Position numbers and translations under genes: made by a program. Shown one piece after another: positions 19,857-30,894 of a DNA stretch of 64,000 nucleotides. The stretch spans positions 31,088-95,087 of the forward strand of contig JBEKIG010000016.1 in NCBI GenBank assembly GCA_050011875.1, read 5' to 3'. The DNA is from Nitrososphaeria archaeon (GTDB lineage: Archaea; Thermoproteota; Nitrososphaeria; JACIWG01). The notes below the pieces were generated by a model. The model saw only the letters and a list, made by a program, of their open reading frames with translations, made no database searches and was not told the origin of the DNA. Within the stretch, counting starts at the first letter, position 1, and each line of letters starts with the position of its first letter.

Positions 19857-21433
19857 CTGTAGGTTTTTAGAACTGCTCCTATCCCCCTCGTTCTTCCCTC
19901 CCTGAATACAAACGTCTGGTCCTTTTCCAGATATTCTGGTCTAATTAAAAATTCGAACATAGCGTCGGCGATATCTCCTGTTCTTAGCACCTCTTTGCTC
20001 ATTTGAATTATCCTCGCAGTCTGTCTTATCGTATGTGAGTGTATAACAGGTGTGTACCCGACCTTCACCGTTGTCGGATGATGCAAAATTTTTACTGACG
20101 CCTCAAAACGACTCACGGGTCTTGGTACCACTCTTTTGTCAAGTAAGACCATTCCCTTTCTTATCTGACCAAACGTAATTTCAGGTACTGCAAATGTCGC
20201 ACTTTGCCCTGCAAAAGCTCTGTTAACAAAAACCCTGTTGATCTGAATTCCCTTTATCTTCACCTTTTTGAACGGCTCTTTGATATCTTCAAAAGGCCCA
20301 ATAAACGCCTCATCTTCCACAGAAACCGTCCCTTCATCTATGAGTCCGCTAACTATAGAACCTACTCCCGTTACGTTGAAAATTTCATCAACATAAAGTT
20401 TGAAGGGTTGTCCTGTACTTTCAACCCAATTTATCCTAGGGGGGATTATATTTAAGAATTCTTTCAGTTCTTGAAGGCCGTTGCCTTTGATATTTGAGAC
20501 AGAAAAAATAGGGACGATACGCCCGCTTTTAATATGCCTTGCTGCAAGCACAATATCATCCCTTGTTTTCACATTGAAAGGTATTCGATTTATTCCAGGA
20601 AGCTTAAGCACTTTAACTATTTCATCAAGTGTTTCTTTGGTTTTCCTTTCAGGGGCTAAGTCTATCTTTGTCAGACAAATTATAACAGGAATTTTGAGTG
20701 CAAGTGATAGTCCAAGGTGTTCTTTAAAAGTTCCGACTATACCCGAATTTGCCGCAACGATTATGAATGCGTAATCTGGTAGACTTCCTAGAATTCCTCT
20801 AAGAGTTGTTTTAAGATATTTCTCGTGACCCGCTAGGTCTACTAAATTTATTACCTTCGAAGACTTAAGGTAAATTTCACTTTCGTTATAGTTTAATAAA
20901 ATCGAGTTAACATCTTTACCTTGAAGATCGAACCCCAATATATGAGTATTTACGGCAGAGGTTCTCCTCATCTTTATTTCATGCATGTATCTAACCACCT
21001 TACTCATGGCAAGACCGTTGCCGTCGTCTAGCATATTGTAAACAAGAGTGCCTTTAATTGTCGATTTTCCAGCGTCAGCATTTCCTAACAGTACAACCGA
21101 TATTGAAATAGGTAAGGTTTCAACAACTCTTCTGATAAGAAGTTCGTAGACTTTACCTTTCCTTCCATCGACTGATCTTATGACCCTATATGATACGTTT
21201 ATCGCTCTACATATTTTATCAAAGTTTTTAAAAGATGTTTCAGTTTCCGACTGATCCAGTCCCAAGAGTTCACCATCATCCGTTACACCAAGCTCGTAGA
21301 ACGCTTCACCTCCGCCTTCGTTTAATCTATAGTTTAGTTGTGTAGCTAATTCGTTTATTCTATCTTTATCGACTGACGTAAGTTTTAGTTTATACTCGAT
21401 ATTTCCGTCTCCGTTCTCAGATCCAAGAAGCAT
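19853..21433 (-). CDS. GTPBP1/GTPBP2-family translational GTPase
   Basis: 'GNIEYK', 'EGGGEAFYELGV', 'GNADAGKST', 'DLAGHEKYLKTT', 'TKID', 'FREGRTRGIG'. Confidence 0.92.
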   Translation of the reverse strand: MLLGSENGDGNIEYKLKLTSVDKDRINELATQLNYRLNEGGGEAFYELGVTDDGELLGLDQSETETSFKNFDKICRAINVSYRVIRSVDGRKGKVYELLIRRVVETLPISISVVLLGNADAGKSTIKGTLVYNMLDDGNGLAMSKVVRYMHEIKMRRTSAVNTHILGFDLQGKDVNSILLNYNESEIYLKSSKVINLVDLAGHEKYLKTTLRGILGSLPDYAFIIVAANSGIVGTFKEHLGLSLALKIPVIICLTKIDLAPERKTKETLDEIVKVLKLPGINRIPFNVKTRDDIVLAARHIKSGRIVPIFSVSNIKGNGLQELKEFLNIIPPRINWVESTGQPFKLYVDEIFNVTGVGSIVSGLIDEGTVSVEDEAFIGPFEDIKEPFKKVKIKGIQINRVFVNRAFAGQSATFAVPEITFGQIRKGMVLLDKRVVPRPVSRFEASVKILHHPTTVKVGYTPVIHSHTIRQTARIIQMSKEVLRTGDIADAMFEFLIRPEYLEKDQTFVFREGRTRGIGAVLKTYS

Positions 21434-21473
21434 TGATCGTAAACTGTATTATCTATGTGCTAATAAGTCTTTA

Positions 21474-22520
21474 TTACCTTCTAGAATAAGCTAGGAATAC
21501 CATTCCACCAATGAGTGCTTCAAACCACATCATAACAAGTCTTATCATAACAGTTGCTGCAACGCTCAGGCTTAGAGGTATGCCTGAAACTACATAGAGA
21601 CCAAACATCACCGTTTCCACGATGCCGACCATTCCTGGTATCCCCACTGGAACCATCTGAATCGAAATTCCTATAGTATATACCGCGATGATGATGCCTA
21701 AAGGTACTGGGAAATTCAGTGAAGTAAACACTAAATATGCTACAGCGATATCGAAGAACCAATACACAAATGCAAATAAAATTGAGAGCAACAAAAGTAG
21801 CTTTCTATTTTTTAATATCTTTAGAGAAGCTTCGAATTCGGTGAAGCCTTTGGTTGCAAGCTCAGTAAGCTTCAACGGATTACTTCTTTTCTTAAGGAAG
21901 GCCCTGTCCAGAAATCTGGTTATCCTTAAAGCTATACCCTTTGAAATCTCCGGCTTTACAGAAAAAAGTAATAATATTATAAGAGTTAAAACCAACGCAG
22001 AAGAAATCAGTATCAATATACTTGACAAATAAGTGGGAAGATTATAGAAAATGACGAGATACGTAAAACCGAAAACGGAACCAACTATAAAAGGAAAGAA
22101 GTTAATAACCCTATGAAGGAATACAGTAGCAGAGACATTGCCGTAACTATCTTTGGTTTCGTTAACAACGTACATTACCCTCACTACTTCACCTGCGACT
22201 GAAGCCGTTGGAACCATTATGTTGAAAAAGACACTTATCCAAGTGCTTTCAATTGCTTTGAAAACGTTCAATCTTATACCTGCTGACCTTAACAGAAAGA
22301 TCCATGAAGACCCATAAGCGAAGACACCCAGGACCATGGACAAAAAGGCTAATGAATAAAACATCTTATTTGCGAGTGAAATGTACCCTAATACGCTTTT
22401 GAAGTCAGAAAATGATATAAACAAAACGAGGGCAGAGATCCCGATCACAAGGAAGACGAGTTGCCTCTTCTGAAAGACCTTCTCCACCTTCCTTGGACCT
22501 GCGTTAACATCATAATTCAT
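21474..22520 (-). CDS. UPF0104/LPG-synthase TM (flippase-like) protein
   Basis: 'FFNIMVPTASVAGEVVR' and 'PGMVGIVE'; multi-TM. Confidence 0.85.
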   Translation of the reverse strand: MNYDVNAGPRKVEKVFQKRQLVFLVIGISALVLFISFSDFKSVLGYISLANKMFYSLAFLSMVLGVFAYGSSWIFLLRSAGIRLNVFKAIESTWISVFFNIMVPTASVAGEVVRVMYVVNETKDSYGNVSATVFLHRVINFFPFIVGSVFGFTYLVIFYNLPTYLSSILILISSALVLTLIILLLFSVKPEISKGIALRITRFLDRAFLKKRSNPLKLTELATKGFTEFEASLKILKNRKLLLLLSILFAFVYWFFDIAVAYLVFTSLNFPVPLGIIIAVYTIGISIQMVPVGIPGMVGIVETVMFGLYVVSGIPLSLSVAATVMIRLVMMWFEALIGGMVFLAYSRR

Positions 22521-22673
22521 TTCTGATCAAAGACTCCCTTGCACTATGTTGATAGCTTGCAGTAGTGAACTTCAATTTTTTATCTATTTCTATTTTCATT
22601 GCAAAAGGTTTGGATCGGAATGTATCAAAAATAAATTGTTAAATAAGTATTTTCTCGTACAAAAACGTTCAGA

Positions 22674-23471
22674 ATGAGTTTAAAGATAGTTGTCCTCATA
22701 AAGCAAGTTCCAGATATTGCTAAAGTGAAATTCGACGTCGAAAAAGGGCGTATAGATAGAAGCTCTGCAGAAGCAGAAATAAACCCCTTTGATCTGAACG
22801 CTTTAGAGGCAGCTGTCCAGGTTAAGGAAAAGGTTGGTGGAAGAATTACGGCTATAAGCATGGGCCCCCCATCGGCGGCTACAGCATTAAAGGAGGCCAT
22901 ATCGCGGGGGGCTGATGACGCGATACATCTTGAGGATGTAAAGTTCGCTGGGGCCGACACATTTGCTACATCATACACTCTAGCAAGAGCGGTAGTGAAG
23001 ATGGGTAAGCCTGACCTGATTTTTTGTGGAGAAAAGACCGTTGACGGCGATACGGGGCAGGTCGGAGCTGAGGTAGCAGAACAGCTTAATATACCGCACG
23101 TCTATTACGTCTCGAACATTAAAGAAATTTCAGATGACAAAATCACTTTAGTTACAGAAATGGAGGATGCATCATATTTTGTTGAATCATCTTATCCTGT
23201 ATTGATTAGCGTCACAAAAGATGTTAACAAGCCTAGGCTTCCGACGCTTAAAGAAAAGCTCAAAGTAATGAGAACGAACATACCGATTTGGGACGCAGAT
23301 TATCTATCAGATGTAATAAAGTTAAACCAGATAGGCTACTTAGGTTCGCCTACGTCGGTTAACAAAATTGTAATACCGAAGGATAAAAGTAGAGAAGGAA
23401 AGGTCTTCAAAGATGCTGGAGAGGCGATTCCGGTTATTCTAGAAGCTCTTGAAAAAGAAAAGGTGATCTGA
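22674..23471 (+). CDS. etfB: Electron transfer flavoprotein beta subunit
   Basis: 'KQVPD', 'NPFD', 'SMGP', 'GADTFAT', 'DGDTGQV'. Confidence 0.95.
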   Translation: MSLKIVVLIKQVPDIAKVKFDVEKGRIDRSSAEAEINPFDLNALEAAVQVKEKVGGRITAISMGPPSAATALKEAISRGADDAIHLEDVKFAGADTFATSYTLARAVVKMGKPDLIFCGEKTVDGDTGQVGAEVAEQLNIPHVYYVSNIKEISDDKITLVTEMEDASYFVESSYPVLISVTKDVNKPRLPTLKEKLKVMRTNIPIWDADYLSDVIKLNQIGYLGSPTSVNKIVIPKDKSREGKVFKDAGEAIPVILEALEKEKVI

Positions 23472-24484
23472 TGATTAATGAACCAACGATGGATGTACAC
23501 AGGAAGGTGATGGTCTTTGCTGAACAAAGGGGGGGAGAAATTCACCCCATTTCATTCGAGATTCTAGGAAAGGGACGGGAAATTGCTGATAAGCTAGGCG
23601 CTGAACTCTCAAGCGTAATTTTAGGTGACCAGATCAGCCGCAAAACGGCTATGGAACTTATCTACTATGGTGCAGATAAAGTCTTCCTATATAGCCACCC
23701 GATCTTTAAAGTCCCAGATGTAATCCAGTACAAACACAATATTACTAGACTTGTTGAAGAAGAGAAGCCTGAGATATTCTTGTTCGGCGCGACACATTTT
23801 GGTAGATCACTTGGACCGAGAGTCGCAGCGGCAATAAAGACCGGGCTGACGGCTGATTGCATAGATCTGAAAATAGATGAAAATGGTGATCTCATCCAGA
23901 TTCGCCCTGCGTTTACAGGAAACATACTAGCCCATATTAAAACGAAGACTAGACCTATCATGTCGACTGTCAGATACAAAGTTATGCAAATGAATGAGAG
24001 AAACATAATGAGAAAAGGTGTTATAATCGAAAAAAATGCAGAAGTCTCAGGTTTAGCTAGTCCGATTTTTGTAGGCAAAGAGAAAGGAACAGGTCTTAAC
24101 ATTGCTGATGCTAAAATAATAGTCTCTGGGGGAAGAGGTTTGGGTAGACCCGAAGGATTTAAACTCGTTAAAGAACTCGCCGATTTACTTGGAGGAAAAG
24201 TAGGTTCTAGTAGAACACCTGTTGACGAAGGATGGATAGGAAAAGAACATCAGGTCGGCTTCAGCGGCAACACCGTTAAACCAAAACTGTACATTGCTTG
24301 CGGTATATCTGGTTCACCCCAGCATTTGGCTGGAATGAGAGATTCTGAAATCATAATAGCGATAAACACAGACCCGTCAGCTCCAATATTCAAATATGCA
24401 GACTACGCAATCGTAGGAGACCTTTACCAGGTGCTGCCTCAGATAATTAAAGAATTAAAAACAAGAAAAGTGAATCTAAATTGA
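23471..24484 (+). CDS. etfA: Electron transfer flavoprotein alpha subunit
   Basis: 'TGLTADC', 'VSGGRG', 'QVGFSG', 'GISGSPQHLAGM'. Confidence 0.95.
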   Translation: MINEPTMDVHRKVMVFAEQRGGEIHPISFEILGKGREIADKLGAELSSVILGDQISRKTAMELIYYGADKVFLYSHPIFKVPDVIQYKHNITRLVEEEKPEIFLFGATHFGRSLGPRVAAAIKTGLTADCIDLKIDENGDLIQIRPAFTGNILAHIKTKTRPIMSTVRYKVMQMNERNIMRKGVIIEKNAEVSGLASPIFVGKEKGTGLNIADAKIIVSGGRGLGRPEGFKLVKELADLLGGKVGSSRTPVDEGWIGKEHQVGFSGNTVKPKLYIACGISGSPQHLAGMRDSEIIIAINTDPSAPIFKYADYAIVGDLYQVLPQIIKELKTRKVNLN

Positions 24485-25842
24485 TGGATAACATCTCAGA
24501 AAATCTTGAAAAGATAGTTGGAAGAGAACTTGTAGTAACAAAGAGGGAACAGATGGAAAGCTATCTATCCGACGAGACAAGCAATCCTGTAAAACCTAGT
24601 TCTTCCTCAAATTGTATACTCGTTAAACCCCTAAGAACTGACCAGATATCCCGGATCTTGGAGCTTGCAAATGAAAAAAAAATACCGGTTTATCCTCGGG
24701 GAGGAGGAACAGGATTAGTGGGAGGAGCTATACCGACTAGAGACGGTATAATTATTTCGTTGGAGAAAATGGATAAAATAGAAGTTGATAAGGAAAACAT
24801 GATGGCGGTTTCCGAAGCAGGTGCTACACTGGGCAAGCTGCTTAATGCGGCTGAGGAAGCCGGGCTATCATTTCCACCTCATCCCGGAGATGAGAGCGCA
24901 CAGATAGGAGGACTTGTCGTATGTAACGCAGGAGGATCCAGAGCAGTCAAACACGGTGTCATGAGGAACTTTGTAAAAGGATTGGAAATGGTCTTGCCAA
25001 CTGGAGAAATAGTTAATTTCGGCGGTAAACTTCTCAAAGACAATATGGGATACAGCCTAATGCATCTAATAATAGGGAGCGAAGGAACACTGGGTGTTGT
25101 AACAAAAGCCGTCATCAAGCTCACTCCCAAACCGGAGCGCACGCTTACACTTCTACTTCCTTTTAATTCAAGACATGAGGCACTTAGCACTGTCCCAAAG
25201 ATCTTGTACAGTGGAATAGTTCCGTTGGCTCTCGAATACGTTGAGAAGGAGGTTATGGAAATATCTGCAACCCATTTAGGCGAAAAGTGGAACGTGGAAG
25301 GAAAGGTCTTTCTTTTAGCGATTTTAGCAGGAAGCGAGAATGAGGTTTTTAGCGATGCAGAAAAAATGTCCCATATCTGTATTGAGAATAATGGACTTGA
25401 GCCTTCACTCGCTGAAAGGCGGGACGAACAAGAGTCAATTCTGAAGATAAGAAGCAATATTTACACGGCACTCAAATCAGATTACGTAGACATCATGGAT
25501 ACTACAGTGCCTCCATCAAACATTGGAAAGCTTGCTGACATTATAGACGGAGTCGCTGAAAAATATTCCGCATACATTCCCGTATACGGTCATGCTGCAG
25601 ATGGAAACGTTCACTCGCACGTGATGAAAAAAGATTTTGACAAATACGAGAAGATTAAAGGCGAAATATATCAGGCAGCTGTTGATTTGGGTGGAGTTAT
25701 TACTGGAGAACATGGAATAGGAAAGATTAGGGTTAAGGAGCTTAAAAAATTCACCTCATCCAAAAATATCGAGTTGATGAGAGGAATAAAGGAAATCTTC
25801 GACCCAAACAAAATCATGAACCCTTCAACAGTGCTAGATTAA
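24481..25842 (+). CDS. FAD-linked 2-hydroxyacid dehydrogenase (GlcD/LctD family)
   Basis: 'RGGGTGLVGGA', 'GSEGTLG', 'GHAADGNVH', 'GEHGIG'. Confidence 0.9.
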   Translation: MMDNISENLEKIVGRELVVTKREQMESYLSDETSNPVKPSSSSNCILVKPLRTDQISRILELANEKKIPVYPRGGGTGLVGGAIPTRDGIIISLEKMDKIEVDKENMMAVSEAGATLGKLLNAAEEAGLSFPPHPGDESAQIGGLVVCNAGGSRAVKHGVMRNFVKGLEMVLPTGEIVNFGGKLLKDNMGYSLMHLIIGSEGTLGVVTKAVIKLTPKPERTLTLLLPFNSRHEALSTVPKILYSGIVPLALEYVEKEVMEISATHLGEKWNVEGKVFLLAILAGSENEVFSDAEKMSHICIENNGLEPSLAERRDEQESILKIRSNIYTALKSDYVDIMDTTVPPSNIGKLADIIDGVAEKYSAYIPVYGHAADGNVHSHVMKKDFDKYEKIKGEIYQAAVDLGGVITGEHGIGKIRVKELKKFTSSKNIELMRGIKEIFDPNKIMNPSTVLD

Positions 25843-25980
25843 GAACTTAAGGTTCATAATTTAAAAAAGACTGAATATTACATCTTTATTTATTTTGACC
25901 TTAATATACGACGCATGAACCATAATGATCTCTAGAAAAGACTATATGACTGTACAAAATGGAACAATGAGGCTGTAACT

Positions 25981-26622
25981 TTGGCGCTTTTAGAAGATCT
26001 TATAAACTTTCTGATTCATCTGGACCAAAGTTTGGCATTTTTAATTCAACAATTTGGTCTCTGGACTTATGCGATACTTTTTTTAGCTATATTTGGTGAG
26101 ACAGGGCTAGTTGTAACCCCTTTTTTTCCTGGTGATTCCCTTCTATTTGTGTCAGGAACTTTTGCTTCAAAAGGCTCACTCAACGTCGAAGCTCTTTTTG
26201 GACTTCTCGCTCTTGCAGCAATAATGGGGGACACGGTAAATTACTGGATTGGGTATATTGTTGGTCCAAAAATATTTCGTAAAGAGAACAGCCGCTTTCT
26301 GAAAAAAGAGTATCTAGAAAGAGCGCGTGATTTTTATCAAAAATATGGAGCGAAAACGATTATTATAGCAAGATTTGTTCCCATCATTCGAACCTTTGCA
26401 CCCTTTGTGGCTGGCGTGGGTAAAATGAGTTATAGGAGATTTCTCATGTACAATATAGTAGGAGGTGTTTCCTGGGTCGCTATTTTTATTTTTAGCGGTT
26501 ACTTTTTAGGAGGCTTCCAGATTGTAAAGAATAACCTATCCTTATTGATCTATGTCATTATCATAGTTTCTCTGATACCAACTTTTGTCGAAATATTGAG
26601 ACACAGAGCTAAACGAATCTGA
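25981..26622 (+). CDS. dedA: DedA-family membrane protein
   Basis: 'ETGLVVTPFFPGDSLLF' and 'ARFVPIIRTFAPFVAG'. Confidence 0.92.
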   Translation: MALLEDLINFLIHLDQSLAFLIQQFGLWTYAILFLAIFGETGLVVTPFFPGDSLLFVSGTFASKGSLNVEALFGLLALAAIMGDTVNYWIGYIVGPKIFRKENSRFLKKEYLERARDFYQKYGAKTIIIARFVPIIRTFAPFVAGVGKMSYRRFLMYNIVGGVSWVAIFIFSGYFLGGFQIVKNNLSLLIYVIIIVSLIPTFVEILRHRAKRI

Positions 26623-26844
26623 ATAACATTTGACATCGTTTTTAATATTTATCTAAGAGTGAGCGTTCATGTTTTAACGGAGTTTAGTTCTACACAATTT
26701 TCTAACTTTGTATCTTAATGAGTTTTGCCCTCTTTTCTTTAGAGACAGATTTATATATATTATCTAAAAAAAACATTTAGAGAATATATGGAACTTTAAA
26801 CTAAATGAAAAGCATTTTATAGTTATCTAAATTCACTTAAAATA

Positions 26845-28866
26845 ATGATTAAAGAAGCGTTCGATATTTTTAGTAAAGAATATTCCGGAGAAAGAGCGAA
26901 ACAAGTTATTTGCCAAGTTGTTAATTTCCACAGAATCCAAGCAAGTCCGGGGTATAGGGCTGCAGTCGAATGCGTCAGAGGCATGCTTTCTGAGGCAGGA
27001 TTAGATTCCGAGGTACTAGTTTACCCTGCAAAAGAAGGAATATCATTTTGGAATTATTCATCTTTTCAAGAGTGCTCTATAAATGATGCCAAGCTGTTCC
27101 TCATAACAAATGATGGCGAGGAGAAGATCGCAGATTACGGCGACAGCAAGCTTAGCGTTATACAGCGCAGCATTTCCACACCCCCTGAGGGTATTGAAGC
27201 AGATCTTATCATACTTGAAAAAGGGGAAACCGAAGATGAATACAAAAAAAATAAGGTGGAAGGAAAGGTTGTTTTCACATCCGGTGATGTAAGCAGTGTC
27301 TACTCTCTAGCTGTGGAGAAATTTGGTGCGGTTGGAATATTGACGGATAGGTTAATGGAATGGCCTCCTGTCAGAGAGAAAATAGACCTGCCTGACGCAT
27401 TACAGTATACAAGCTTTTGGTGGTATCCGAAGGACAAAAAATGCTTCGGTTTTGTAGTCTCTCCTCGAATAGGGATGAAAATTAGAGCACAAGCTAAGAA
27501 AGGACCTTTGAAAGTCAAGGCCTATGTATCAGGAAGCCTCTACGACGGTGCTATTGAAGTTGTTTCAGCAAAGATTCCAGGAGAAACCGATAAAGAAATA
27601 CTTTTGACAGCACACTTATGCCACCCTCAGTCATTTGCCAACGACAACGCTTCAGGTGTTGGCGCACTAGTTGAGGCAGCCAGAATCTTGATTAGACTGA
27701 TTAAAGACGAAAAAATAAGTAGGCCAAAGAGAACTATACGTTTCCTTTTCGTACCTGAGATGATAGGCACGCTTGCATTCCTTTCAAGCAAGGAGAAGGA
27801 ACTTGGAAATTTCATGGCCGGAATAAACTTAGATATGGTAGGAGAAGACCAGAAAAAATGCCAGAGCATCTTGATGGTCGACAGCACTCCTTACTCATTG
27901 CCAACCTTTGTTAATGCCTACATAAAGTACATCTTTGAGTTCCTTCCCAAAAAAATCAGGACTCTAACGGGCTCAGAAAATATATCAGATTTTAGATATG
28001 AATTTGTGAAATTCTCTGGCGGCAGCGACCATGAAATTCTGTCCGATCCCAGTGTCGGTGTACCAACACCTTCTCTTACAAACTGGCCGGATAAATACTA
28101 TCACACTTCAGAAGATACGCTAGAAAAAGTGAGCACTGACACGTTATGGAACATCGGAGTAGTAGCTACAACATTCGCATATACTATGGCGAACCTTGAT
28201 CGTTCTGATTTCAATCTACAGGCTATTTTGACCCAGAGATATTGCGAAGAAAAAATTGAACACATTTATAATCAAATAATTTTTGCAATATCCAACACGA
28301 ACAAGAGCGACTTCAAGAAAAAAGTAGGTCAGCAAATGAGGAGATGGAGTATCAACAAAGAGTTTTGGAACATTTGGTTAACCCAAGCTATATTAGACTT
28401 AAAGAGATTTGATGAATTCGGTGACTTTGAGAAGATGGTGCCTTTTTATGGCAGCAAATTTAGAGCGTTTACAGATGTTAAACATTCTTTGCTCGAAGAT
28501 TATATTACAGAACAGGGCAAGAAATTCGGTGTTCCTAAAGCAGTGCGGAAGAAAAAAACGATAACCGAATTAGAGCGTAAAGCCTCTAAGATGTTTCCTT
28601 TAAGGATTAAACCTGGACCGATTGACATCAGATCAAGGGTTTATCTTCTCAGCGAGAAAGAAAAAAAGAAACTGAACGAACTCGATATGAGACCACATTC
28701 AAGGCTACTGCCGAAACTTGCACTCTACTGGGCTGATGGAAAGAGGAGCATAAGCGAAATAGCTGAAAAAATTGAATTAGAAATGGATCGATGCAACCTA
28801 CAACGTTTAATCGATTGGTTCCTCATTTTTGAAAAGATTGAATTTGTAAGAATTCAATCGACCTAA
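26845..28866 (+). CDS. M28-family aminopeptidase-like protein (DUF4910 type)
   Basis: 'AHLCHP..FANDNASG', 'PE', 'NLDMVG', 'GSDH', 'YHTSED'. Confidence 0.85.
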   Translation: MIKEAFDIFSKEYSGERAKQVICQVVNFHRIQASPGYRAAVECVRGMLSEAGLDSEVLVYPAKEGISFWNYSSFQECSINDAKLFLITNDGEEKIADYGDSKLSVIQRSISTPPEGIEADLIILEKGETEDEYKKNKVEGKVVFTSGDVSSVYSLAVEKFGAVGILTDRLMEWPPVREKIDLPDALQYTSFWWYPKDKKCFGFVVSPRIGMKIRAQAKKGPLKVKAYVSGSLYDGAIEVVSAKIPGETDKEILLTAHLCHPQSFANDNASGVGALVEAARILIRLIKDEKISRPKRTIRFLFVPEMIGTLAFLSSKEKELGNFMAGINLDMVGEDQKKCQSILMVDSTPYSLPTFVNAYIKYIFEFLPKKIRTLTGSENISDFRYEFVKFSGGSDHEILSDPSVGVPTPSLTNWPDKYYHTSEDTLEKVSTDTLWNIGVVATTFAYTMANLDRSDFNLQAILTQRYCEEKIEHIYNQIIFAISNTNKSDFKKKVGQQMRRWSINKEFWNIWLTQAILDLKRFDEFGDFEKMVPFYGSKFRAFTDVKHSLLEDYITEQGKKFGVPKAVRKKKTITELERKASKMFPLRIKPGPIDIRSRVYLLSEKEKKKLNELDMRPHSRLLPKLALYWADGKRSISEIAEKIELEMDRCNLQRLIDWFLIFEKIEFVRIQST

Positions 28867-28904
28867 ATTTAAAGCTCTCTTAAAAGAAGTAATTGGAACT
28901 TGAG

Positions 28905-29618
28905 TCACTTAGATAACACTGAAAATACGGGTGCATCAATCTTCAACTCATTCTTCAGTCGCGTCATAACTTTATCCACCTCTATGACAGAGAATACACC
29001 GGCGAGAGTCGCTCCACTTTTACTAACGATATTTAAGAGGGCTTTAATAGTGTTCCCACTCCGAATCAGATCATCCACAACTAAAATGTAATCATTCCTT
29101 TTTAGGCTAACCTTTGGAACATAAAGTGATCTTATAACGGGTGGAACAAATGAATAGCGTTCCTCATAATATTTTTCCACACCAACTTGTCTATCCTTCC
29201 TTGCGATAATGACGTCAACACCAAATTCGCTTCCGATTTGAATTGCGATTGGAATACCGTTAGTTTCAACAGTCAATATTTTTGTGACCGTTACATCTTT
29301 GAAGTAATTTAAAGCATGTTTTGATATAACCTTCTGTAAAATAGTATTGTAGGTGAGCGACGAGACATCTATTACACCCTCGTTGCTTACGTATATTTCC
29401 TGTCTTAGTGTCTTTTTAAAATAATTCTCTTCATACCATTCTATGATCTCTTCTGCTCTATCCAAGTTTGGCAGAACATGCCCCTTTACATATCTGCTAA
29501 TAACGGGGGTTGGAAGATGAAGTTCCTTAGAAAGCTCCTTATAGGTCAAGTGCTTCTTTATTTCATGCAGAATCTCAATTGCATAAATCTTAATTTTGAC
29601 CTCAGACAGTTTATTCAT
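28905..29618 (-). CDS. HTH-PRTase fusion (PurR-like)
   Basis: N-terminal HTH 'TYKELS....LP..VISRY' and PRPP loop 'VVDDLIRSG'. Confidence 0.85.
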   Translation of the reverse strand: MNKLSEVKIKIYAIEILHEIKKHLTYKELSKELHLPTPVISRYVKGHVLPNLDRAEEIIEWYEENYFKKTLRQEIYVSNEGVIDVSSLTYNTILQKVISKHALNYFKDVTVTKILTVETNGIPIAIQIGSEFGVDVIIARKDRQVGVEKYYEERYSFVPPVIRSLYVPKVSLKRNDYILVVDDLIRSGNTIKALLNIVSKSGATLAGVFSVIEVDKVMTRLKNELKIDAPVFSVLSK

Positions 29619-29688
29619 GTAGCACTACAGTATGACCTGTAGAAGTATTAATTTATTAAGTTAATCGCAGATCAAAGTTATCAAGATT

Positions 29689-30555
29689 CTATTCTACAAT
29701 TTTGTCGAATTGTTTTTGAACTTCAGGGATAGCTTCTATGAGATCGGAAGCTGTAATGTGCAGTCCCTTCTTTTGAAAAGCAGTTTCGCCTGCTTTTCCG
29801 TTAAAGAAAACAGCAACGGCAGCAGCTTCACAAGATGGAATCCCTTTCGCTACAAGCGTACCGACGATTCCGCTCAATACGTCCCCTGTACCGCCAACGG
29901 TCATAGCCGGAGTCCCAGCATAATCTAGATAGGTGGTTTCGCCATCACTTACTACGTCTATATAACCTTTCAATAATATGGTCAAATTAACCTCTTTTGC
30001 TTTAGACTCAACTAAACGGTACCGTTCCTCAATTTCGTTCGATGGCATTACATTAAAGATTCTGTTAAATTCCCCAGCATGAGGTGTAATAATGTTCCTC
30101 CTATCATTCAACAAGCGTATTATATCGTAATGTAAGGCATCCGCGTCTAGGACCATGGGAATATCCTTCAGCTTCAATTCTTTAACAAACAACTTTATTC
30201 CCTCCTCACACCCCTTTCCGAGCCCAGGACCCATAACTACACAGTCAACCTTAGGCATCCACTTCAACAGTCTCCTTGCACATCCAGTTGTAAACTTCAA
30301 ATCAGGAAGAGGCATAATAATGAGGTCAGGGGAAATAGATCTTAAAGACTGGGCAATTATTTTAGGAGTAGCTAGGTAAACTAGATCTGCTCCAGTCCTC
30401 AAGGCCGATGTCGCAGCTAAAAATGGCGCACCATGGAACATCCAGCTGCCCCCAAGAACTAGAACTGTTCCGTTATCACCCTTTCTCGATGATTTAGATC
30501 TTGGTTTTATAACCGCCTTAACAAGTTCTGGTGAAGTTTCCTTCAATATGGTCAT
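29689..30555 (-). CDS. nnrD: ADP-dependent NAD(P)H-hydrate dehydratase
   Basis: 'KGDNG', 'GPGLG', 'DADAL', 'TPHAGEF', 'GGTGDVL'. Confidence 0.92.
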   Translation of the reverse strand: MTILKETSPELVKAVIKPRSKSSRKGDNGTVLVLGGSWMFHGAPFLAATSALRTGADLVYLATPKIIAQSLRSISPDLIIMPLPDLKFTTGCARRLLKWMPKVDCVVMGPGLGKGCEEGIKLFVKELKLKDIPMVLDADALHYDIIRLLNDRRNIITPHAGEFNRIFNVMPSNEIEERYRLVESKAKEVNLTILLKGYIDVVSDGETTYLDYAGTPAMTVGGTGDVLSGIVGTLVAKGIPSCEAAAVAVFFNGKAGETAFQKKGLHITASDLIEAIPEVQKQFDKIVE

Positions 30556-30894
30556 AATATCAGATGCGAACTTTCTTACATTTCACTTAAAAGCTTTGTG
30601 CAACTTTCAATTGCAAGCTTTTAGACGGTTACCCTTTTAAACGATTACGATCCTTGCACTTACCACAGACCGTGACGTGGAACATCATGTCTGAACCCGG
30701 AAATATTCGGATTCGTGCGGAGTTGGAATGCTTGTAATTTAAAAGACAAATTTGTTTGCAGACTTTACAACCAATACATAATTAAGGGAATACATGTAGT
30801 TTGAAAGACACATTTAACTAATATAAAATAGTATACAAACCCCCAATCGAAGACTATATTTACGACATGTCATTTAAACATCTAATGACTTCTA

